NCBI GenBank assembly: GCA_002633005.1
Contig: NMRA01000016.1
Coordinates: forward strand, 652,443-716,442
From: Phoronis australis
Taxonomy: Eukaryota > Animalia > Phoronida
Length of the DNA: 64,000 nt
Direction: 5' to 3'
The translations under genes and the position numbers were made by a program. How positions within the stretch are numbered: the stretch's first letter is position 1; each line of letters starts with the position of its first letter. The notes below the pieces were generated by a model. It ran no database searches and was not told where the DNA came from. It was given only the letters and a program-made list of their open reading frames with translations. Of this stretch, positions 54,501 through 64,000 are shown one piece after another.

Positions 54501-57500
54501 TCGGACGGATACAGCTGTGAAGGTTCGTGTGGTTTAGTGTGATGAGATATAGATCCACTGAGAACTTGTGTCTTGCAGTCGAACTAGTACACGCACCACG
54601 TTGCCTGAAAAATATCATTGTTTGCAGGAAATTAGAAAGTGACATATACATGAATTCCTGGTGGTGTCTGGCCCAACTTTGGATGTCTGTTTTGTATTGG
54701 TGATTTCCAATGTCTACCATGACATGTAATTTCGTGGCAATGGATTTGTTCTGCTTCCTCTCCCAGCAAACTGTCACCCTACCATAATCGTCTGAAACTT
54801 GATCTTTTCTCTGATTGTCACTGACAGAAGTTGATTTTTTCATCAGATTTTTAGTTTTTATTTTTTTCAAAGTAGATATTTTCAGTAGCAAACACAAATC
54901 CAGCTGGTTTGGAAACACATCGCATTCCTCCAAATCAAGCATTCGTGTCTTCTGTTTTAGATGTGGACGAATGTGCTAACTCACCGTGTGATGCCGTTCG
55001 AGGAAACTGTACAAACACACCTGGATCATTCTCCTGCACGTGCAGAGATGGCTACCTGTTGGCATCGGACAACACTTGCAATGGTACAAGGCGTGGTTGA
55101 CAAAAACATTTCTTGCAAGACGCTTTCGGGAAAGAAATATTGCACTACGGGTTACATTTCACCTGAAAGACCTAGGGTGTATTATAGCCACAAGTTTCCC
55201 TTGGAGCTGTTTCTTAACGCTCATGACACTTATGGGGAATTTCCATTTCTGCTGTTCAGTGACAAGAAATCTCGGAAACCAGGCTATTTTTAGGTCAGGT
55301 GACTGGTGATACGACTGAGATTCGGAGATATGCAGTAGAGAAACCCAGCTGAGAGGAAACTTGAGGTTACAATACATATTTACCCCACAGATCCGTTCAC
55401 TACACAATCTTGTGACAAATTAGATAATAGTTAATTCTCCTTACCTTTGGATGTCAAATTGAAGATTCACTTAACTGTGGGGTTTTTAATGAACTGCACA
55501 GTAAGTGTGTCTCGGTACATCGTTTATCGAAAGAACGAACTGAGTTTCCCTTTGGCTTATTGCAGATCGCAACGGAAACTGGGGCGCCTACGGTCCATGG
55601 AGTTCCTGCAGTTTAACGTGCGGCAATGGAACTACGACAAGAGTTCGACAGTGCAACAATCCAGCACCAGCTGGCAATGGTGCCAACTGTACAGGGGGCG
55701 CTGCTGACAGCAAATGGTGTCTGCTAGATTACTGCCCGCGTAAGATTCAAGATTTAGTTTACTTTCGAATTACTTCTCGAAATAAACTCTTAACGCCATC
55801 ATTTTGTTATCAATTTTCAATACATTAGCGTTTTCTCGCATTGCGTATCTGCCGCAATTACTGATTTTGTCTATATTTAATGTTGTACCAGTTGACTACA
55901 ATTTCCCACAACAACCTTGAAACCACCGAGGTATCACTGCACATCTTTATAATATGTGCCCGTGTGTGGCGCACGTTATGCGGTTAAATCATCGCGGAGA
56001 CCAGGTAAATTAGTCACTAACATTATTTCCCATGAAAATTGAATAAGAAACTCTGCGGTATGTGTTATGTTTTCTGTATCACTTTTTTGCAAATCGTGAC
56101 TTAATTCTAACGCCATTGTGTTTTACAGTAAAGAAAGTTGTTAAAGATAACGGCGTCAATCTCGTGTTTGGAGGCGGCATGACTGTATCACAGGTAAGTA
56201 ATAAGTTCAGTGACCTGACCGGCATGTCCAGTTTGACTTGTAGGCCTACATTGGTCCATTGTCGTACTTCATAACTAATCTAAACGGATAATGGATTGGG
56301 CTGATCAAGACACATTGTAAAGGTGTGGTTCCGTTGCAGTTTGAACTATCAGTTCCAAGCCTGCTGGTGAAGATCGCGGATCTATTGACCGGATACTGCA
56401 ACAGTGATGCCACCAAGTGGGCAACGTGCTGCCAACCGCTCGTGGGAAATGTACAGTATACGTATGTATCATATACCAGTCAAACTCAGGTTCTCACTAC
56501 CGCATATTCTATTTCATGACTATACTATNGTGTGGGAACTTGCGCGCGTGCACCAATACAAAGTCACACATCAAAGGAGAATAGCGACAGTCCTAAATAA
56601 CAGAAACGGGCGAGACTATATACTTTTAACCATTGTCTCATTTCTCTGGCCTGATTTTTTCGAATATATGTTTTATCAAGTGCACTACAGACGAAAACTC
56701 AGCGCGGCAGACAAAGTCGCTGAAAGCGGAGGTTTTGACGCCGGCGGCGTTCTTAAACTTTGCAAACATGGGAAAAAAATAAAGTGACAAAAACGTTCAA
56801 GTATTATATTTTTATGCGAGTCCATGACCCAAGACAATAACCCGTTACTTGTACAATTGCAAGTCACATTGCTACGCCACCGTCTCGGAAGCCCGGCGTC
56901 GTTGCACTCGTTGTGTTCATCGATCTTTTTCTAAAAGTCGGGGAATAGCGCGTTTCCTTAGCACTGGGCGCTAAATCTTCATTCTTTAAAAGACGGGGAT
57001 GGGCGCTTAACCGAGAGGTGGGCGCTTAACTGGAAATCTTCAAAAATCGCACGGGGGCGCTTAACCGAGCAGTGGGCGGTTAAATCGAAAATCCACCTAA
57101 AGTAGGGGGTGGGCGGTTAACTGAGCATGGGCGTTAACCCGAACGTTTACGGTAATACAAATGCATGTCGCGTTATTCGTGTCCATTTTTTCATTTGATA
57201 GCCCTTGCGCAAAACTGGTACATTTCCATGTTGAAAAGCACTCCCAAACAGCGCTTTGGACAACAGTGCGCAAGACATAGTACTTGAAAGTTCCTCATGA
57301 ATCTGATGCGCAGTTTATGAGATGGGATGTGCCGAAGTTAACCAGACCAAATTTGAACATTTTCACTAAGGGGTTCTACATAACCTTACAGCAACTATTC
57401 GTTCATTTGCAGGCCTCTGACTAACAAGACTAAAGTGTACGCTACATCTGGTGACATCCAAGTGGCTGAAAATTTCCCAGTGCAATTAGCAAGTGGTGAG

Positions 57501-59142
57501 ATTCAGATGATTGTCGTTGCAAAGGTGAAGAAAGACAATGAACTATGTGCGGCTGGTGTGTCGAACTCCACCACTAGGCGTCGGAGAGCCGTCTCCATTG
57601 GAGTGAACGAGTCTGCCGTCGCTCAGCAGCTCATAAAGACAGTTTTAAATGAACCAACATCGTGAGTAAACTCAGTATTAAGAAACGTCTGAAGTTTTGA
57701 TTTCTTACTATATCAAGATAACGGAGAAGCTTCCTGCTGACATCTGCCACGAACTATTTCTTACACTCAGATGACCTAAGACTTAGAAGTGAAATCGTAT
57801 GAAAGAGATCAACTTTTTCAGACAGAGAAACCTCGAGAAGACTGTCTCAAGCATAGACAGTGTTCCACTGGATGAAAGCGTGCTTCGAAGTAGTTGTTAC
57901 ATTTTCTTTGATCATGGAGCTTATCTTCAACTTAGGTCTAACATTGCGATGACATATGACGATGTAGGCCTACCTGATTATGGGTTTCCTTGCAATCGTA
58001 CAAGTAGCTGTGGCCACGACTTTGATCACACGTGTAACCTTTTACGTTACAGACAAACGTCTCTGGTTCAGACTGTTCAAACTTCATTGCCTGGGAATGT
58101 CACGGTTACAATGGCTCCCGTGGAAGACGCTAAACTACCGGAAATTGCAACTGATCCACCGACCACCGTAGTTATGACCACGACTACGGAGATGGTGACA
58201 AAGAAACAACCTGTCATTACTACACAACAGGTAGATTTCTGAAATGCAGAAAAATGCAAAGGTGACCGATTTTCAGCATTAACATTGTTCCCATATTACA
58301 TTGTATAAGTCATTCTAGGCTTGGAAATTAAGTTTCCCATTTTTAACTTCACTAATTCCAGGCACCCAAGCCTCCAGCCGGTGTGGAAGCCTGGGTGATA
58401 CCCGTCGCTGTGGTAGGGGGCCTCGTCGGAGTTATCTTGATTGTTGTCATTCTCATCGTCATCAACAAACGGTAAGACTATCTGATGACACAACATAAAT
58501 CATTAGACCTCTTTGGCAATTCGGTACTGCTGGCTCTGGAATTCGCCATTTGTAGGCCAGAAGAGATTACATAAATGAGTTGATCTAGACCTTAACTTTT
58601 TGTTGTGTAACAGTAACTGCGTGTGAACCGGTACACCCAGCAACTATGCATCTCAAGCTATACGTTGTTTTGGTATCGCCCTTACAGCTTTCACAAATCA
58701 TTAATTAACATGGTTTTGATGCAGGTCTGCAAAGGGTTCAGTGTCTCCAGAAACTTCCCAGGCCAACATGCGCTCGTCTAGTGGCCAGCAAAGGCCCAGG
58801 CAAGATTCCCAAACTGCGTCCACCGTCGAACAAGCCCGGCCAGCATCTCGCCATTCAAGCGTGAATCGCACAGATGAATACTACGTGGCAAGTACACTTG
58901 CAACCTCTGACCAGCCTGCCACCTATGTGGAGCCATCAAACCGAAGTTCCGCTGCTGTCAGCAGATCCCAAGTATCTGTCATAAATGTCAACGAATCAGA
59001 GTCGAAGATTGACAGAAGTCGGCCATCTACGGCCAATCAGAATCAGTCCGTTGCCAGTGAGGAAGAGAAAGGCAGCGACTGCGCAGAGAAAGAAGCCCAA
59101 GACAACAGCAGAGACGGTGGAAATCAGGTGACAGAAATGTAA
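17132..59142 (+). CDS. Gene B: giant multi-exon type I membrane glycoprotein, MUC4/SUSD2-like NIDO-AMOP-VWD core with an unassigned N-terminal repeat array, SEA-like, TSP1, cadherin-like and about 22 EGF-like modules; about 4,700 aa with 8 repeats
   Basis: Hand-spliced from ATG 17132 (signal peptide [20 protein letters not shown]) to TAA 59142. About 44 exons join in compatible phases. Only the exon-1 donor and the N-join regions are ambiguous. Confidence 0.88.
18663..18941 (+). CDS. Gene B exon 2
   Basis: acag|AT GCA GTT TGC...GAA G|gtaag; [25 protein letters not shown]...; 279 nt, phase 1-1. Confidence 0.85.
21605..22126 (+). CDS. Gene B repeat exon R1 (174 aa, 8 Cys)
   Basis: ttag| ... 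|gtgagt, 522 nt, phase 1-1. Confidence 0.9.
22887..23408 (+). CDS. Gene B repeat exon R2
   Basis: 522 nt, phase 1-1, AG/GT. Confidence 0.9.
25634..26155 (+). CDS. Repeat exon R3 (probably the allele of R1)
   Basis: 522 nt; same DLGPRK start and near-identical flanking introns as R1. Confidence 0.65.
26923..27444 (+). CDS. Repeat exon R4 (probably the allele of R2)
   Basis: 522 nt; only a few aa differences from R2, same flanks. Confidence 0.65.
27793..28312 (+). CDS. Repeat exon R5: apparent frameshifted chimera across N 28028 (R6-like 5' half plus R2 3' half)
   Basis: 520 nt; the frame break falls exactly at the N. Confidence 0.4.
28661..29182 (+). CDS. Gene B repeat exon R6
   Basis: 522 nt, phase 1-1. 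Confidence 0.9.
29643..30164 (+). CDS. Gene B repeat exon R7
   Basis: 522 nt, phase 1-1. Confidence 0.9.
30468..30989 (+). CDS. Gene B repeat exon R8
   Basis: 522 nt, phase 1-1. Confidence 0.9.
31718..32236 (+). CDS. Gene B repeat exon R9
   Basis: 519 nt, phase 1-1. Confidence 0.9.
32917..33438 (+). CDS. Gene B repeat exon R10
   Basis: 522 nt, phase 1-1. Confidence 0.9.
33579..33787. mobile_element. Intronic MITE with CAG(G/T)GGC(G/A)GATCTACG termini (hAT-like)
   Basis: CAGTGGCAGATCTACG ... CGTAGATCCGCCCCTG, 14/16 inverted match; G- and C-runs inside; no clear TSD. Confidence 0.7.
34109..34609 (+). CDS. Gene B repeat exon R11 (most diverged)
   Basis: 501 nt, phase 1-1; all 8 Cys kept. 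Confidence 0.9.
35290..37086 (+). CDS. Gene B exons 35290-35859, 36075-36216, 36398-36567, 36760-37086: unassigned Trp/Cys-containing region, including a possible divergent SEA-like domain
   Basis: AG/GT boundaries, phases 1-1, 1-2, 2-1, 1-1; open reading throughout. Confidence 0.8.
37510..39396 (+). CDS. Gene B SEA domain: exons 37510-37681 and 39239-39396 (neither in ORF track)
   Basis: [39 protein letters not shown]...FSVVSLKH|[13 protein letters not shown]: SEA-like Y..L.D..S pattern plus GS(I/V) motif; phases 1-2 and 2-1 fit the neighbouring exons. Confidence 0.8.
38488..38737. mobile_element. Intronic MITE (PIF/Harbinger-like GGG.CC.GTTCCAA termini)
   Basis: GGGACCCGTTCCAACAAAACTGACTTA ... 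TGAGTCAGTTTCTTGGAACAGGCCCC imperfect TIR; internal direct repeat taagacaaatc....tttagtaaa. Confidence 0.65.
39489..39866. other. Near-identical duplicate of about 39110-39487 across N 39488 (contains a second copy of the SEA exon, 39618-39775)
   Basis: Only a few substitutions; junction is a single N. Confidence 0.85.
39987..41849 (+). CDS. Gene B exons 39987-40319 (TSP1-like plus EGF-like), 40931-41110 (degenerate EGF), 41697-41849 (cbEGF)
   Basis: WPNCTQTCG...RTRPC; [12 protein letters not shown]...; all phase 1-1. Confidence 0.87.
42780..43958 (+). CDS. Gene B exon: NIDO plus AMOP-like domains
   Basis: [33 protein letters not shown]...MNW are NIDO-like. The following C..W...C...CY...CC....LC..F..RRP is AMOP-like. 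1179 nt, phase 1-1. Confidence 0.85.
44141..46109 (+). CDS. Gene B VWD domain and following Cys region: exons 44141-44380, 44827-45162, 45816-46109
   Basis: [21 protein letters not shown]...[17 protein letters not shown]...WGQKW...CYFDFLAT, as in MUC4/SUSD2-type VWD regions. Confidence 0.92.
46324..46610 (+). CDS. Gene B exon: cadherin/Ig-like beta-sandwich
   Basis: NYAPSI...[16 protein letters not shown]...[11 protein letters not shown]: cadherin-like AxDxD and ATD motifs. Confidence 0.75.
47059..55083 (+). CDS. Gene B EGF array (about 19 modules, mostly Ca-binding): exons 47059-47335, 47838-48032, 48388-48572, 49334-49571, 49825-49962, 50508-50636, 51181-51435, 51636-51774, 52391-52767, 52922-53047, 53527-53658, 53963-54085, 54961-55083
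   Basis: Repeated D[IV][DN]EC...CxNxxG[SG][YF]xCxC; all boundaries AG/GT with matching phases. Confidence 0.93.
55566..58230 (+). CDS. Gene B exons 55566-55739 (TSP1), 56129-56193, 56340-56461, 57413-57661 (furin site RRRR), 58053-58230 (Thr/Pro stalk)
   Basis: Exon-for-exon homologous to gene A 602-3902. Confidence 0.9.
56960..57154. mobile_element. End of a Tc1/mariner-pogo-type MITE with GGGCG(C/G)TTAA subterminal repeats
   Basis: Five to six gggcg(c/g)ttaa repeats ending in ...TTTACGGTA; the other end is not found (an N lies at 56529). Confidence 0.6.
58362..59142 (+). CDS. Gene B TM exon (58362-58471) and cytoplasmic-tail exon (58725-59142), ending QVTEM*
   Basis: [37 protein letters not shown]; tail homologous to gene A. 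Confidence 0.92.
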
Positions 59143-59643
59143 CAACAGGAAACTGACAAGTTGCTGCAGGACAGCAAGAGTGAAGTGGAAGCCGACTTCT
59201 TCACACAGTCAACGTACAAGTTTGTCAGAGTGAATATTACAGATGCTTCTGGAAGTGCTGAACATTTCAAAAGATAACACGACTGTACCTCTGATAGCTT
59301 ACACTTCAGGCGCGTTGTGAATTTCGTAGCATTTTTTGTCGGTTAACGTTTTACTTAATTTTCAACTTTGTTGTTTTAAGAAATGTATTCAGATTCAAGT
59401 TTTTCATCCCAAAAGACCGAGAATGACTAAACATAGTGTTTATGACCATTTCGTTTTAAGAAAAAAAATTGTTAACTTACTTTCATAATAATTGCACAAC
59501 CACTGAGTATGTGTCGAGTGGGTCTCATTTTCATATTTTATTTAATTCCTATCTAGAAAACTAGATACCCTTTGACTCTGTCGGTGGTTTTCAGTGTTTT
59601 TCATAATCTGTGATTGTGATTTATAATTAACGTGTGGTGTATG

Positions 59644-59745
59644 AATAAATGGCTTTTAAAGCAATCCATGTTCCAGTTTACACAATGCCTAAATAAAGTA
59701 AACTGCGTAAATTATTTTATTAAATTATTAGGTCCATAATAAAAG
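59644..59745 (+). terminator. Candidate polyadenylation signals of gene B
   Basis: Three AATAAA hexamers (about 59644, 59692, 59737), 500-600 nt after the stop. Motif evidence only. Confidence 0.4.
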
Positions 59746-62129
59746 TTACCTCACTCACTCTTCAGATAACCCAGACTGCGACACTGTCGTTTCTCCATAA
59801 CACAAGAAAGTATCGATGTGTCAACATGAACAACTTATGAGACAGTTGTGCAGTGTTTTTTTATGCCCAATGGTTCCTCAAGCAGACTGGGACACACTTG
59901 ACCTCTCGTCCATGCCAGTTGAACCAAAACTAAAGGTCATTCAGATTGCTAGGTATCACTTTTATTTCCAAGTAACAATATTTTGTAGACTGCAAAAACA
60001 AAAAAAAAACTTTAACAACAGGCTGAAGTTAAGTAAATCAACAAGGCATTCCCAGGCTTGTACTAATGAGCAAGAATAATCCATAACGAATGACAAGACT
60101 GAGTTCAAATCAAGTCACTCTCGTGCAATATACAAACGTTTCTCACCTAATTTTAACGCTGACCCTCAAGAGTATTTCATCCCTCTGCCAGTTCAGAAAT
60201 AACACAAGCCAGACAATATACAACTGACCTCTACATTACAGGAAAGCCAACTGTTCACAAAATAGGATGTATACTCCAAAATCTCTACCGTATACATGCA
60301 CGGCCTATTTAGAAATAAGGCGAATGCGCTTATAATACACCAAATTCGTGAGTAAAACCGAGGAACGAATTTCTAAAACATTATGGGGGTGAAACGTGAC
60401 CCGATCAGTAACAAAATGGTAGACAGACAAGTATACATTTAACACTAATACATGATAAGTATGAAAAACGGACAAAAATAAACTAGCACAAGCAAGGAAT
60501 AACCGCCTGCACCTGTACTAAAGCTCAAGCACATACATGGAAACACCGAAAACGACATAAGAAAGTCGCATTATTTCGGATACAGATGCCCAAATTAACA
60601 CCCATACGGTATAGGCAAGGCACGAAATTTTCTTCTCAAAACACTAATGGCAATAATCCTTAAACAAACCTGACAACATCCACACTGTGCCCAGACAATT
60701 TATAATTTTTGAGTTTTCATAAATGCACATACGACCAGCCGGTGCAAAAAGTGGGCCAAGTGAACACCAGGGTTTGATATTCTTTTTACATGATGTTCAA
60801 AACAGAAGGCATACAAGGTACAAAAAAACATTCAATTCCAAAACTGCAAAAACGACACAGATTAATGAAAGCGTATCTGGTGCAAAGATAAAGCATTTTA
60901 AATTAAAATAATGAATTTATTCATGTAAACAGAATTTGATCCAATAATAATAACCAAAAAGAAATAAATAAACTGCCAATGTTCATAAATAATCCAGTCA
61001 CGTTGCCCTGACGAGAAGCAAAAATATCGTTAAGTCCTGCTATCCATTTACATATTCAGTTAATTAAACGGCTACATGCCAACTTTTTTCACATAACAAT
61101 TCACAAAAAAGTGATTCTGAGACCTTCAACCACTGTGCAACCCCAGCATTTACCTCTGGTGATACAGATAGCTCCAAGTCTCATTATAAACAGCCTAGCT
61201 GTTCTGCACAACACAGTTTTATGATGTCATGCAGCACAAAACTGGATGATGCTTCATGATTTTCCCACTAAATTATTACTATAAACACCACACGGCACAC
61301 AAGACAAATTTTAAGAGAATTTTGGCATACATAGAGAGAAATTTTCACTTCTATTAAGCAAAACACAAAGTTTTGAGTCTAATTCAGAATTCTCAGTATA
61401 AAGGTAATTGTCAACTTTCGTGGATTACCTTTGTTCATTAATACAACTTTCACATAATGTATAAAGTTATACCCTAATTTATTTTAATTTATTTTTTATC
61501 ACAACTCGCAGGATTTCTACTGTGTCAAATGAGTTGTTTAGGACGACTTTATCATTTCAATTAGGTAGTGAGTCTTTACCAAACTTCACGCACAAGCTTC
61601 ACACATTGATTTCTCTTTGAGCATCAGTTCATTCCCATGAAAATGGTCACACTTATGCTCTATGACCGTGGGAACTTGCCATCAGATCTTTGTTTTCCTT
61701 CAAGATACCAGCTGGCAAAATGAAGACTTGCGATGTTTTAAAAAGTGACGTTTACGGTTGATATCTGTATTATTTGAGGTTAAATCAAGACATGGCTTCC
61801 CCTGTATTGGCAGTTCAATTATATAAAACAAACACAAGGTCAACTGCAATTCATTTTTTCACAAAAAATGGTTGTCCCATGATTATTAACGATTAGATGA
61901 TATTTTAAGGTATGTTTGATAGGAGATTCAGGCAATAAACACTTTAAGGATTGACAGTGCAGCAGATAAAGTTATCTCATGAAAAATGAAAGTACACAAT
62001 CACCAAAGCTGACAATTACCTGCAACTTTTTCCATTACGCCCCACTACTACGTTCATAAATTTGTCCCACATTTAGTTCAGATCAAGCATTATACCCGAG
62101 TGATATAAGTTCCAAGAAGAAGACACGGC

Positions 62130-62665
62130 GCCACCTAGTGACACACTAAAGGCATTCAGTGACACACCAGAGGCATTCAGTGAAACACTAGTGCCACCTA
62201 GAGAGACACAACCATCACCAAGTGAAGACCAAGCACCACCTAGTGACACAATAGTGACACTCAGTGAAACACTAGTGACATCTAGAGAGACGGAACAATC
62301 AAGGGATGACTATCTAGCACCACTTAGTGCCACAACAGTAGTGCTCAGTGAAACACTAGTGAAATCTAGAGAGAACGAACCATCATCAAGTGAAGAACTA
62401 GCACCACCTAGTGACACAATAGTGACACTCAGTGAAACACTAGTGACATCTAGAGACAGAAGTGACACAATATTGGCATTTAAAGGAGCACTAGTACCAT
62501 CTAGAGAGACACCAGCACCACGTGAATATCTAGCACCACCTAGTGACACAATAGAGGCATTTAAAGGAACACTGGTGCCATCTAAAGAGACACCAGCACC
62601 ACATAAATATCTAACACCACCTAGTGGCATAATAGTGGCATTAGACGACCACTGGTGCCATCTCG
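62130..62665. repeat. Degenerate minisatellite (about 21-nt units with higher-order repeats)
   Basis: Recurring cacctagtgacacaatag, tcagtgaaacactagtg, tctagagagac. Confidence 0.88.
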
Positions 62666-62789
62666 ATGACCCCACTTAACGGATCTCTTGACTAGAAATC
62701 CTGAGCTAGTCAGTGATGAGTGCGAGCGACGTTTGCAAAGTCCAACGAGTGCTGTGAACACATGTAATGATACTGCTGCCAGTCCAGCG

Positions 62790-63971
62790 CTAAGTCCCAC
62801 TACCGTCGTTAGCAAAATCATAGATCTCTTCCTGAACAGTTGCCATGTCTGCCTGTGCCGGTGACGCCCTCTTAGGAGGATCACTCAGTTTCAGGCTTTC
62901 TAGTGCTCTCAGTTCTTCATCTTCGGGTTCAAAATCATCCTCATAAGCTCTACAAAACAAATACGTTGACTTGGAAAGATGCCTTTTTGTGCTAACCATA
63001 GAGACAGTATAGACTGATGTAGTCCATGGCAGGCAATACAAGGTAATGACTTCAAAGCACAGCAGAACATTCACAGCATAGTAAGAGCACGGTGCTAAGC
63101 AAGTACATAGAATAATAATTCAAATTATTACCAGCAGAGCAAAAACAATGTATGGTGACATTACAATCTCTCTCTTTTGGCTTCGCAGTACATTACACTA
63201 TGTTTCAGATTTAACTCTTTGTCACTAAACACTATGAAATTACCATAGCTTGTCTCAGTTTCTCACAAATAAGAAAAACTGTGAGCAAGGTTTTTCAGCG
63301 ACAGAAAATGACATCAAATTCTTAAAGGAATAAATTGCTAACAAGTAAAACAAAATTATTTCTGTCATAAAAATGCAGGGCCATCACCTATGGAGTATCG
63401 AACCAAATATCAATTTCAACAACCAACTCAACTGAAGTGAAAATGAATGCTATATCTCGTTTTACTCACATACAACATCAAATCCATTGCAATATATGTC
63501 ATATGTATTCTGATCTCTGCTGGAAATACGCGTCAAAACACTATAGGTATATCTAGTGAAAAGCACAACGCTGTGCCCACCATGTAATTTTACAATAAAT
63601 TATACCTTGTCCAAAGGAAATAAATTCAGAATAACACGTCGCATTAAATGACAAAGAGAAAACAAAATCACTGGACTATAATAAATTAACATCCAGACTA
63701 CAACCCTATACCGGAATACAATGAATGAAACAACTGACTTTGCAGAGAACCTAATGCAACGACTCTCACATCAATCCAACTTCTACAACTAGACTGACAA
63801 CACTGCAGCATGGCCTTGACGTTAAGTCACTAGGTGATAACCAGAAGACTGCAGAAGAACAACCTACATTTCCCCGTTGTCGTTAGCACCCTCTTCAGCC
63901 ACTAGTATTTCGTACTCCTCCGCTGCGTACTTCTCCCAGTCAGATGGTTCAGGGCCTTCCTGCTCAAGATC
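62790..63971 (-). CDS. PPP2R3B: Last two coding exons (63868-63971, 62790-62949) of a PP2A regulatory subunit B'' (PR72/PR70 family; co-orthologue of PPP2R3A/PPP2R3B); gene continues beyond the window
   Basis: Spliced product DLEQEGPEPSDWEKYAAEEYEILVAEEGANDNGEI|AYEDDFEPEDEE...EEIYDFANDGSGT*. From memory, SDWE/DxxAAEEYxxLVAEE is the conserved B'' C-terminal motif. AG/GT sites and phase 2 agree. Confidence 0.88.
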
Positions 63972-64000
63972 CTACAGACAATAGAATTTATATTATTATC

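Noticed and set aside
54367-54942. 191-aa minus-strand ORF in an EGF-array intron
   Set aside because: No recognisable domain or splice support; could be transposon debris but cannot be supported.
62130-62665. CRISPR-like array, or a mucin gene from ORF 62191-62679
   Set aside because: Units are degenerate and contiguous with no unique spacers; eukaryotic context, no cas genes; the ORF begins at GTG and lacks splice support.

Overview
Animal genomic DNA, AT-rich, with spliceosomal introns; probably a marine invertebrate, but the taxon cannot be determined from the sequence. The window holds three genes, none visible as a single ORF. (1) The 3' end of a type I membrane-protein gene (gene A, 262-7352, +). 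(2) Its complete tandem paralogue (gene B, 17132-59142, +), which I spliced by hand with consistent intron phases into about 4,700 aa. Gene B reads: signal peptide, Cys-rich head, an array of single-exon 174-aa repeats I cannot assign to a family (8 Cys, about 8 N-glycan sequons each), SEA-like domains, TSP1, EGF, NIDO-AMOP-VWD (GDPH), cadherin-like, about 19 EGF, TSP1, furin-site juxtamembrane domain, Thr/Pro stalk, TM helix and a tail ending TEM. It resembles a MUC4/SUSD2-type protein whose mucin repeats are replaced by folded N-glycosylated repeats. (3) The last two coding exons of a convergent PP2A B'' regulatory subunit gene (-). The assembly shows 11 repeat exons, but three lie in or straddle a block bounded by single-N joins that looks like the second haplotype, so the real number is probably 8. 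Non-coding DNA carries a decayed Penelope-like retroelement, several MITEs, a THAP remnant, a microsatellite and a minisatellite. All domain calls come from motif recognition by eye; no database search was run.
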